Shown: one piece after another, positions 11,583-23,400 of the stretch
How positions within the stretch are numbered: the stretch's first letter is position 1
How the letters are laid out: every line of letters begins with the position of its first letter
NCBI GenBank assembly: GCA_051362555.1
Contig: CM120640.1
Coordinates: forward strand, 59,994,788 to 60,058,787
Direction of reading: 5' to 3'
Source: Lingula anatina
Taxonomy: Eukaryota > Animalia > Brachiopoda
DNA length: 64,000 bases
Made by a program: the position numbers and the translations under genes
The notes under the pieces: model-generated
Seen by the model: the letters and a program-made list of their open reading frames with translations, nothing else
Database searches by the model: none
Told to the model about the DNA's origin: nothing

Positions 11583-14507
11583 TGAGCGTGTTTGAAAAAT
11601 GTCTCTTAGTTGTCATAACGTTTCAGTGTGCGGTGATGAAGTCTGTGAAGCAGGTGAGGAAAATTGCCAGGTGTGTCCACATGACTGCGGGCCGTGTCCG
11701 CTCCCCAGGTGGCAGATTGGTCTGATGGTAACTGCTGGGGTGGTGGTGCTCATCACCGTAGCCACCATATTTGGAGTACGTTGTTTTTATTATATCGCAT
11801 CGTCAGTTTAAACTATATCGACATAAAGAACCCTTTTTTAATTTGTCAAGATGAGACAAATATTGTAATTGATCTGCATAATGGCATTAACGTAACTGTT
11901 CACACAATTTTTTAACTATTTAGACACCTAACCACAAAACGTCTTTTCTTTTCAGTACTTTCATTGGAAGCAACAGAAGTTGCTATGGGATGAAAGTTGG
12001 ATAATTTCCTACGGCGATGTGTTAGCAGGTAAAAACGATCTCAGTATAGATGTGATTTTTTTTTCAAAATTATTGATCAATGCAGGTGTAGATGTTTATG
12101 TTCTTGAGTACAGATCTGCGTAAAAGGATCGAGTCCTCAAACGCATAGTGAGAACTCACTGGTGAGAACTCTGTATACTGCTCACGTGAATGCATTAGAT
12201 ACGTCCACCAGTCACATCTACCACAATTCACGCCACTCTGAATGACACCTAACACCAAGCTGTACGCGGCCTCTTTCAGATACTACATACAATGGTTTGT
12301 TGGGCAGTGAATGGAGCCTTGCTGCCAGCTCAGCCAGCTCTGTCAGCCAATTTAATGCTGATGTGGGAGAAAAGAACAATTTTGCAGCAACAGCCAGGGT
12401 GAAGCAAATATTCACGCAAACTGGGATTTTGTAAGTACACTTGCCTCAGTCAGTTTTCAGCCATGCATGCTACGCAGGTACCGGAATATAGGAGTTGCTA
12501 TTAGTTTGTATTCGTTGTCCATTTTTGGATGATAAAACGCTTTTTATCACAAAGTTTATCTGACCAAACATCTCTTTTTCAAAATGGAAAATGAAGTACT
12601 TTTCCCCTCTTATTTTCATAGCAAGAACAGATTGGTTTCCATAAAAAGAATAGAGAAGAGGTATTTCAGCTTAACCAAAATTATCAGGTTGGAAGTCTCA
12701 CAAGTCAGGTATGTGGCATATGTATATATCTAGTATAAATCAGTTATCTAGGAATGCTGCAATCATTTTTTCTATGAACAGTTTTTGTAGTTAACATTTA
12801 TTTTGAGGTTTACATTGTTTGAGATGCAAAATGATGAAACTATATATATGAATTTCCAAGATTAAACTGAGGCAATACATATGAGCTGAATAATTATTGT
12901 TTTTTTTTTTAATTCTACCAGACAGCTGGATCATGTTAACCTGGTAAAATTTATTGGAGGTTGTGTTGAGATCCCTACTGTGGCCATTATCACAGAGTAC
13001 TGCCCTAAAGGAGGCCTTAATGATGTGCTGCAAAATGATGAGATCCCTCTCACCTGGGCCTTCAGGTAATATTCTGAACTGCCTATAGAATATGTATGGA
13101 TAAACCAAGCTTAAATATATCATTATCTTATTAGATTTATGAAAAAAGAAATCACAGATTTGTTATATTCAAGATTTTAAAAAAATCAAGTTATTAATGC
13201 TTTACAGAGTCTGCAGTGCCTGCATATAAATGTCACATAACATTATCTGTAGATTTTTGTTTGTCTTTTCAGATTTTCTTTTATACATGACATAGCTCGT
13301 GGTTTGCATTTTCTCCACTATAATAAAATAACCCATGGGCGTCTCAAGTCTCCAAACTGTGTGATAGATGACAGATGGACTGTAAAAATATCTGGTATGC
13401 CACACTTCATTAACAGCTTATCTGCACTGGCCAGAATATTTAAATGGTTATGTAATAGAGATTACGGTATAACCTCAGCAGATCTTCTAATTTTAATTAT
13501 TAAAATAATACTCAGAATTGCAATATCATCATTGTACAATTGGATGCAAGTTTAATTCCTTTTTTTTAACAGTCAATATAAATATTCATGCTATGTTTTA
13601 CTTCTAAACAATATCTAGGCACCATTGCTTAATTCTTTGTCAGACTTTGGACTTGCTACATATCGTGAAGATGTGGAAGAAGACAAGTACAGGAGTAAGG
13701 CCTGCAGAGTGTATAGAGCCCCAGAGCTGACACACCTTCCTGCTGCTCAACCAACACCAGAGGCAGATGTTTATGCATTTGCCATCATTCTAGTAGAAAT
13801 TGCCACAAGGAATGGACCATATGGGGTAAATAATTTTTGTTTCTGTAAAAGTCCTTGCTGTAATCTAAGATCTAATATACCGTTTATTAGATCTTAGCTG
13901 TAATATACCGTTTTTAAGAGAATGCTCCATGGCATATTTGAGCAACAAAAAGTCCTGTTAAAGTAGAAATTAAACAATTATTGGTCTTGGCTGAGGTCAG
14001 TTTGTTGTTTTGCAGATCTCAGATAAGTGATTTTTATAAGATAGCACACTGTCACTTGAGTGATATTGGCAGAACACCTCAAGCATCAGCTCTTCATTTG
14101 CTTATTAAACAGTGTAAAGCTAGACCTGTCCTTATGTGGCACAGATTCCTTAAAGGTTGCTGCACCAAAGGAATGTAATTTGCTTTCACTTTTATTACAC
14201 AGGATAGTCTCTCCAAATTTTTTTATAGAAACTCAAAACATATCTTTAAAAAATTGACTAGAATTTTTAATGGCTTTTTTCAAAGACTTGGTAAAGTAGC
14301 ACTTTTAACTCTACATTATTTAAAATAATTTGTTTAAAAAATATTTTGCCTTTTTTCACTAGACTTTTATATACTGTATTCATATTGTATTGTAAAGCCT
14401 ACAGAGTGTAAAGAGTCCCAGAACTGACACACTGCTGCTCCGCCAACACCAGAGGCGACGTTCTGGTAGAAATTGCCACAAGAAACATAATTGAATTTGA
14501 CTCCTTC

Positions 14508-14546
<39 letters not shown>

Positions 14547-16103
14547 TATTATTATTATTATTATTATTATTATCGATGCTGAATAAATTACAGTTTAATT
14601 TGTTCCCTTGCAATTATCCTGTTCCAGGAGGAAGATATTGATGACCTACCTGACCACTGGAAGCCCAGCCTACCAGATTTACAAAGTTCTGGTAAAACAA
14701 GTAAAGAATACTCTTGTCCTTGTGGTGACCAGTACATTCAGGTAACAAAGTTAAAGAAATACTGCAGTGATGGTGCTGATTAAAACAAAATTCAAAACTA
14801 AAATTAAAACTGTGCAAGTGCAAGATAAGTACAAACATGTTGTAATTTGAATGGATGCAGGTTGTGAAATTAGCATATGACTTAGAGGGAAATATACAAA
14901 AAGACTTGAATGTTTGTTATAATGGGGTTTTTCCCATTTAAAAACAGTTTTAATACTTAAACAGAAAAGCTTTGTTTTCAGTTAATAAAGCGCTGCTGGA
15001 GTGACAATCCATTTGACAGACCAAACTTTGAACAAATTAAGCGACAAATCCACAAGATCAACCCCAATAAACAGAGCCCAGTGGATATGATGATGACCAT
15101 GGTAAGCTGCTCTCACTTTTTTTTTTTTTTTTTTTTTTTTGTAAGTAGGAAAAATACTGTGCTTTATAAACTTTGCTTATCATTCATTTAAATCATTTCA
15201 TTATTAAATTTATTTTGCCTGGTAGTTGAAAAACAAAACTCAATGTACACTTTGTTTCTAGATGGAGAAATATTCAAAGCATCTGGAAGTGATGGTTGCA
15301 GAGAGAACTCAGGATCTGATGGCAGAGAAGCAGAAAACAGACAGACTATTATACAGTATGTTGTTAGATGTATAACATATAACTACATGTACCAGACACA
15401 TAATTACATGTATATGGCATGTCTTTCATGTCATTCAGTTAACAAATGAGATATAATTTGGCAGAGAAGACTAGTAATTCTTATACTCAGTTATGGTAGT
15501 ATACATATACTGGGGTATCTATGTATCAGCTGTTTTTCCAAAAGAATGATTCAATGGAACACAATGAAGGACTTTGATTGAAATTGTATCTCTGTGGAGA
15601 TGAAATCAGTAGGCAGATCTATTAAGTTGAAATATATTTCCAGGCATGTTACCTAAAAGTGTAGCAGATGCCCTGCGTCTTGGAAAACCAGTTCAAGCAG
15701 AGTCCTTTGAGTCCTGCACCATTTTCTTTAGTGACATTGTGGGTTTCACTGAGCTGGCAGGACACAGCACACCTCTGGAGGTGGTCACACTGCTCAATAA
15801 ACTGTACACATGCTTTGATGAAATCATTGACAGATACAGTGTATATAAAGTGGAAACAATAGGGGATGCATGTAAGTACGGTTGGTGTATGGTGGATTTT
15901 GTTGCAAAGTGTACTAGTATGTGAATTGTTGTAACACAACTTTTCTTTGATGGTCAAATGACCATGACTCCTATTTTGGTACAAAATGTTATTAATCAGA
16001 TTAAACATAACAGGTTCATAAACAACATCACCAAATGTCATATGTTAGTATATAATCAGGTTATTACAACTTATACAAGTACATTGGTGATTATACAATG
16101 GAA

Positions 16104-16153
<50 letters not shown>

Positions 16154-17839
16154 TTGTATCATGCATACAAAATTAATGCATTTATGAATTCATTGGATGT
16201 TGCAGATATGGTTGTATCAGGAGTTCCAATAAGAAATGCAAACCACCACTGTAAAGAAATAGCTAATCTGGCTATTGACTTGGTAAAGGAAAGTGAAATG
16301 TATGTTATACCTCACAAACCTTATGAGTCACTCAGGATAAGAGTGGGACTGCACTCGGGTATGTTAGATGTAGGATCTTTCAAACACAGCGCCATCTTGG
16401 ATCAAAAAATAATAAAAATGTGCCATTTGAATTTTACAGATGACCAAATTGATCTTCAATGTGGAATTTATTCATATAAATGTTTTAAACCCCAGTACAA
16501 TAGGCCATGTAAGTACACTGCCCTGTGCTACAATTTATATTGAGGTGGCTAACCCATCTTTGATTAAATATTTGCTATTGTTGTTTAGGTCCAGTGTGTG
16601 CAGGAGTAGTTGGTTTGAAGATGCCCAGGTACTGTCTGTTTGGTGATACTGTGAACACTGCCTCCAGGATGGAGTCTACAGGGGAAGGTAAGTATAGTCA
16701 GCATGGTGGTCTTAGAACGCATTCAGAACAGCTGACTTACATATCTGTGGATTAAATATGGCTGACCCACTTGAATGCTTGTTGCATAATCCCCGTGGCG
16801 AATCTATTTAGTGTCTAATCGGAAATTAAGCGGCAATCTTTTTAGTGGGTCACCATATTTGATCTGCAGATCTGTTAGTCTGCTGTTCTGAATGTGCTCT
16901 TAGTGAGTATTACTGTACATAATTCTCATGACATGTCTATCATTCTTCAGGGAGCGTAGGGTCATCTTGTCTCTGCATTTTTTAAAAAAAATTTTAAAAT
17001 TTTAAAATTATTTTGTAAAAAAGCAATTAACACACAAAATGTGTCCTATTTAAAGATATACTGTACAAGATTTTGGTGCAAGGATTTTTCTTTATGGCAT
17101 AAGCCTTGCGATTAGTTGCAAGCATTCCTTGATTTTTCACTTCATGTAAAATTTTATTTTTGAGAAGGGAACAGAAATTCAGTTACTTAAATATGATGAT
17201 AAATGTACTCGTTTAAAGATATTAGTGCAGGTCATCATCATTTAACAAAGAATATGGAAAGATTTAAGATGTTGGACATTCCATATGATATTCCTTTCAA
17301 AGGGCAATGATGCATAACAGTTACCATTCCTTATAACAACAAGCCACCAGAAACGGTTAATAAACAAATCAAATAAATAGAAAAGTGACTGGCTCAATCG
17401 GATAGTGCTAGTTAACACACTGTTCATGTGAGCAGTGTGCAAATTTCAGACACTAAAAGATATGAATTATGATTTGAAGGTGAAGTGTTGTATGATACAT
17501 TCCAGCTGGGAAAATCCACATAAGTGATACCACATACCAGCTGCTACAGGAATATCAGGGGTTCTGCTGTCAATCCAGGGGGACCATCCCTATCAAGGTA
17601 GGTGACATTTAATTTGTATTCAAAATTATTGCTAACATACAAAAAATTGACTGACTTCGTGGTGATTGATTCCCTAGCTCAGAGTGAACAAATAACAAGA
17701 TTTCCTCATTATGTGACATTTCTAGGGAAAAGGGGACATGAAAACCTGGTGGTTAGCAACATTCCCAGCAAACAGACTAGAAGAAGTGAAAGCTAACATT
17801 CTTAGAAATGACAGCATCAATGAAATACTAGGTATGTAA
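10008..17839 (+). CDS. Single-pass receptor guanylyl cyclase (~858 aa) with short Cys-rich ectodomain
   Basis: 19 exons: 10008-10073, 10215-10320, 10737-10893, 11043-11368, 11627-11775, 11956-12028, 12280-12430, 12622-12708, 12922-13065, 13273-13394, 13644-13825, 14628-14741, 14982-15101, 15262-15355, 15644-15871, 16206-16358, 16589-16687, 17506-17597, 17726-17839 (2577 nt, in frame). Signal peptide, TM ([22 protein letters not shown]), kinase-homology domain (EYCPKG, HGRLKS, DFG), coiled coil ([16 protein letters not shown]), cyclase motifs [42 protein letters not shown] with the GTP-specifying E and C. Confidence 0.92.
11551..11580. repeat. (TG)n microsatellite
   Basis: Perfect dinucleotide run. 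Confidence 0.95.
14392..14484 (+). pseudogene. Decayed partial copy of guanylyl cyclase exon 11 inside intron 11
   Basis: gtaaagcctacagagtgtaaagagtcccagaactgacacac...ccaacaccagaggc...tctggtagaaattgccacaag aligns to ~13695-13810 with substitutions and deletions; no splice sites. Confidence 0.8.
14508..14573. repeat. (AAT)n joined to (ATT)n, a self-complementary microsatellite
   Basis: Read directly. Confidence 0.9.
16107..16150. repeat. (AT)n microsatellite
   Basis: Read directly; similar runs near 5076-5092 and 18339-18371. Confidence 0.95.
16715..16899. mobile_element. PIF/Harbinger-like MITE
   Basis: TTA TSD; TIR GAACGCATTCAGAACAG...CTGTTCTGAATGTGCTC; related copy at 40827-41092. Confidence 0.7.
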
Positions 17840-18004
17840 TGTGTGGACAGGAGCATAGGCCCATACATATGGAAATTTGTATGTTTCAGACACTTGTTTT
17901 AATGCTGTTAACCAGTTCTACTCTCTTGCACATAAATTAGAAAAATATAAGCTGAAAAATTTCATAAACAATCCATTAAGTGTATAAAAACATCTTTTTA
18001 TTAG

Positions 18005-18147
18005 GCTGCAAAAGAAAGAAAAAGAAGAAAATGAAAAGAAGTAGAAATATGTACTCCAACTGTCCAGATTTGAGAAATACAGCTGACAGTGCATTAGGAC
18101 AAAAGCCCACTCAAGACCACTGCCAGATGGACTTCACAATCTGCTGA
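18005..18147 (+). CDS. Possible alternative terminal exon of the guanylyl cyclase
   Basis: Donor G|GTATGT after 17831 and acceptor tttttattag at 18004 give in-frame GCKRKKKKMKRSRNMYSNCPD...CQMDFTIC*. Confidence 0.4.
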
Positions 18148-18336
18148 CCAAGTCAATAAAGACAGTGTATATTTGTGTATATTGGGTCAAAAATATGACA
18201 GGAAGTAACATGCAACTTTCAGTATGGTTTTTAACTTTCAACATGCGTCATTATAGAAGATCCTTACTGAAATGGATTTGTCAGCATTTTTTAAAATGTA
18301 TTCACAGAACATTCAAGACAAAAATCAATTATGGTT

Positions 18337-18375
<39 letters not shown>

Positions 18376-19182
18376 ATTACCTTACCCAAGCTAACATTAT
18401 TGCCTGTGTGTTTATACCCAGATGCTAAACACATCTAAGGAAAACATAAAAGTCGGTACCTGTAAAATGAGTTACATGCATTTTAAAATTATGCCTTATT
18501 CCTTTCAGTGTCAGGGGAGTAAAACGGAGGTAGAAAAGTTTGTAATATGGGAGCCATATACATGTATGAAACCACAATCGGGTATATATGCATAGAAAAG
18601 CAGTAAGAAAAGTTTTTTTAATCATAAAACACCTTCTGCCAAAAATTAATAACATTGAAAGCACTTTCATTGTACTGATAAATCAAAACAGGAAATGGGT
18701 GAAAAAGTGAAAGACACTGAATGAAATCAACAATCAAATTTCACTATTATTACAAAAGTTGGAAACAACTGTTCAAGTGAAAACAAGGCTGTGCAAGTCT
18801 TAAGTCTTCCTTGTTTAAGTCACAATTACTTGATAAAATGAGAGTCATTGTACTCTAATGAATATGCACTGCAATATTTACCTTTTTGAAACACTTTGTT
18901 TATAATTTTGACACATTGTGAACTGTTATCCTATAAACCCTTTGAAAGTAAACTTGGAACTAAAGTCCCATGCAAAATTGTTGCTGATTTGACCATATCA
19001 AGAGCAAGTTTGGCACCTCGGCATCAAAATCATGTCTATAGATGTGTTGAGTCCACAGATCTTTATTCATTGCACTAATCTGTGTAAAAAATTGTCTTTC
19101 AAATATTTGAAAACATACAATTAATGTTTCTAAAAAGGTCAAATTTTGTATGACCGTTGTCATGTGCCAATTCATAAAATAA

Positions 19183-19699
19183 GTCTTCGTTCACATGGAA
19201 AGTCTATTTTCTAAAAATCTATTTTCTATTCGCGGTATCTTATGATCACGGTCTGTGCCCTGAATATCCCGCGCATATACTGGCAGCGCGAGCCAGTTAC
19301 TTATACAAAGCTGTAATTAATTCTCGGCTCTGCTCGCATTCTATAAAATCTCATCCTCCGTTGCCGCATCGCTTGCCATTGGATCATGACGGTTGCACTC
19401 GTATCTGTCGTGTTTATAGCTTCTTCATCTTCTTCGTTTTGTTGTTGCACAAAATCGACAAACACATTTTTCAAAGCAACCGCGACCACCATTGACTTTC
19501 TAACTTCCTACTGTGCATGCGTCAAGGTTTCAGAATCTCCTCCGAGCACAGCCGAGAATTAATTACAGCTTTGGAAGTAACTGACTCGCGCTGCCAGTAA
19601 TTACGCTGCGGGATATTCAGGGCACAGACCGTGATCACAAGATATATCGCGAATAGAAAATAGATTTTTAGAAAATAGACTTTCCATGTGAACGAAGCC
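19183..19699. mobile_element. PIF/Harbinger-like MITE with long (~150 bp) TIRs
   Basis: TAA TSD (19180-19182, 19700-19702); TIR CTTCGTTCACATGGAAAGTCTATTTTCTAAAAATCTATTTTCTATTCGCG...; second copy at 24016-24445. Confidence 0.85.
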
Positions 19700-20234
19700 T
19701 AAGATATTGCAAATCTGAAATGTTTATGCTGAGAACAGGTCTCTTAACACATGCTTTCATACATGTATAATTCATGGTCATTCAAGTGAACCATGTGACA
19801 GCTCAACCAAATGCTGACTTAATATCACAGCTACAACTTTCACGTATATTGTTCAAGTGTCACTTTCTATATTTTACATCTATAACAAAATCCAATGCCT
19901 CCAATCAATTACCACTATGACTGAAACAAATGCAAGAAAGCTAAATCATGCATTTTTGTAAATGTATCAGCTTTAGTATTTCACATATATAACAAAATTC
20001 AACCCCTCCAATTATGCAGTAAATCTGTACAGAAAAACATTTTGTACAAATAAAATATCTTTATAAAATCAAACTGCATTTAAACAATAGTTGACAAGCC
20101 CATCCTTCAGATGGATTAGTCTACTAGTATCTGGATTTAATTGGCAGAAAATCACTACCAACTAAGCAGTGAGGTATTATGATATGTTATCTCTCTAGCT
20201 TTGCTAATTGTCATCTACATCACATAAAGCATTA

Positions 20235-20448
20235 GACAGCATTCCCATAGATTTAGATCAATCCATCTAGATCGACCTAACTCCCTGGGGTTCACGCTAA
20301 ATCGATGTCAGCCGAGCGCGCACGGTAGTTAATTACCCCCTTACAGCTTTTAGTAGGCGGGACAGATGCTTAAGCCAGCTAAGCTGACAGTAATCTAGTG
20401 AGACTCCCCTCAGGGATAGATCAATCTAAAACCTGTGGGAATGGGGTC
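20235..20448. mobile_element. PIF/Harbinger-like MITE abutting the RCHY1 stop codon
   Basis: TTA TSD (20232-20234, 20449-20451); imperfect TIR GACAGCATTCCCATAGATTTAGATC / GACCCCATTCCCACAGGTTTTAGATTG. Confidence 0.65.
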
Positions 20449-23400
20449 TTAGTGTTTATTACTCCTATGGTCAGCTACATCTAGCTCACTATGATCAGCT
20501 GTATGTTGTTCCCTAGGGTCCAGTGTGTCTACATTTTCACTCTGTCCATTGGATTCCTGGGTTGCTGCTGCAGCTTGGGATCCTTCTGCCAAAATAGAAG
20601 GAAAAGACAACTGTCATTTGTCACAAAGATTTGCATTTATTATAAAATTCAGGTCCTCTTACACTGTAGGGTCACTCCTATATTCCATCCATTAGAGGAT
20701 CTGAAAATGGCACCATTTCACTTCTCATTTGGACGAACATACCCCGGTATATGGCTGCCACATTATGTATGCTGACTTAAAAATATTACCTAAGGTTGTA
20801 ACATTCATTCAAAACTGCAACATAAATACCTTTAAATCATTTTACACCCCAATATTCCAGTCTACCTGGTAAACTTATGTGCAGAGATATTTTAAGATGT
20901 TGCCTCCCTATCTAATTACCTTTTAAGAGCGGGTTAAATTGTGAAAATTGTCATTTCTTTTAGTTTTATTGCATTTAATATTTGGATTTAATTGACAAGA
21001 ATTACCTTCTACGTTTGCTCCTTGCTCAGGTTCCTGAGTTCTACAGGTATTATATGAGCCACAAGCTGCACACTTCAATCCAAGCACATGGAACAATACT
21101 CGACTCTCCTGATTGGAAAAAAAAAATCACATTTACCCCATTGCAGATGCAATCTCAGTCGTAAATATTGTCACATGAATTTTAAAACTGTTTTTTCTGA
21201 AAACGTTTGTCCTTAAAATACTGTATGATCAATGTCTTAGGAAAGCTCTACCACTCAACCATATAATTTCACTACAAGGGACTTTGCTTCCTTTTACAAG
21301 TTCAGTTTGTTTCCGGTTTTTAAGTGGAAGTAAATAAATGACCATGTTGAGTGTTTAGGCTCCGTTTTGGTGATTCTCTTATGTAATGGTCAGGCCATTA
21401 AGTTGTCAGTTTCTCCAAACGCACTGGTACAGCCATTTTGCCATGAAATACCTCTCAATGTGAAAAGGTCTTCAATTTTTTGCTAAATGTATGCCAAGAC
21501 ATTAACTAATTACACAAGTTAATCTCATTTCCCATATCAAGGTACCAGAAAAAATCCACTACAGATATCACTACATACCTCATGACAGTCCCTGCACAGA
21601 ATCTGTACATTGTAGTCTTTGTATTCATCTGGCATAGGAGTCGCGGCTATCTCCTCATCCAGGTGCTCCCACACACCCTTCATGTCCACCAAACACTGGG
21701 CACATGTAGGGCAGGCATAGTTTCTAAGTAAGTACACAGTGTGCATAGAATTAGTCTTACAACATTAAAACTCCACCTAAATCTTTATATCGTTGGTGTC
21801 AAAATATATCAAGCTTATAGATTATGTCAATATGTCAAGTTATAGGTTAACTTGTTGTAGGACTTGCATAAGTCATGTCAAAAACCAATTTACAACAGTT
21901 TTGGTGAATCTATAAAATTAGTAGGACATGCACTAAATCTCTTCAATGGCAAGAAATAACAAAAATGTAGATCAAGTCCATCTGTATTAAGTCTTTTTTT
22001 ATCAGAAAATGTGTTTAGCATTAGCTTTGGAAACGCAATAAAAAAGCTTCAGTTCTGGGTAGGTGCTGCAGCACAAAATATGTCGATTGCTCAACAGTTG
22101 GTAAATGTGCCAGTCCAATCTTAGTTTTGAGGAAATAAGAACTTTTTAAATAGAAGAAAATGCATTGGGTATGTGTTTTGTAATAAAATCTTTAAAGTTA
22201 TAAATGAAAAATTGCTGTTTCAGTAAAATTTGTCCTGCTTCTTCTACTGTTGTAAGCATAATAATGCTAACTCTGCTGTCTGGCTACTAAAGTGACCACT
22301 AGTGGCTTACCCTGTTTTCAGCATGCCATTCATACAGGTCCTGGAAAATAAGGTGATATTTCAGTCTGGACCAATTAAGTATTTGTCTTCATATCAGTGC
22401 AAATCTTTAATATCTCTTTAATTTGATGTTGTGTACCCTACACTTCCAAAGATGACCTCTTGTGAGTGGGCTTCAAAATGACCACCAAATTCAAAATCTG
22501 GTAACGTCACCAAGGCAATTTAGAATTACATACATTCATTCAACTAAAGAAAATTCCTTTAAAGTTACATATCAAGTCAAATCTTTACCACTTAACCTGA
22601 CCAAATACTTGGTTTCAAATAACTAAATAGCTACATAACTAAAAGATATCAAATAACTTAACTAAAAGATATAACAAAGGTTATCATCTCAAACTTCCCA
22701 AAAATTGATACCAGTAACCTGAACAGAAGTTTTCTGCTTTCTTTCTGTGATATGGTCATTTTTACCCCTTTTCATTTAAATATTGCTATTGTACGTTCGA
22801 CAGTAATGCATAATACATTACTATGTCATCTGTCAGACTTTTACAAACTGGAGGGACAGATAAATAGGTCCAGTTTACAAGAAATTTGAACAAGGTCCAA
22901 TTTTAAAGCTATTTTTTGGCTGACAGAGTGATTAATTTGGTTTATTCTTTGGCATGTCTAATTTATTTCAGTCGTTTAAGAAACTAGTCGAATTTTTTTT
23001 TTTTTTTTTTTTGCATAACAGGGAATCTACCCTCAGTTCATATGCACTTTTAAATAACAATGTTTGGACTGCAAAATCTAACATTTTGCTAAAAAATATT
23101 TTTCTCTTTCTTACTCATGTATAGGATGTCCACATGGTGGCATACACACACTTTCCCTAGATGTATGAAGAAGTTCTAAGCAAACAGGACAGTTAGACTT
23201 GGAAGCATTCTCAACACACTGAAAAAGAAATAGGCTCCACTATGTTAATTAGATTTTCGACTGAGGAAATATATTAGGAGAACAATGTTAGTTATTCACT
23301 AAAGGATTCCAGTTTAACTTGACCATTTATGACCACTTATATAAAAGTTATACATCAGATTGAATAAAATTCCCATTACCTTGTGGCTTTCCCTCAGGCC

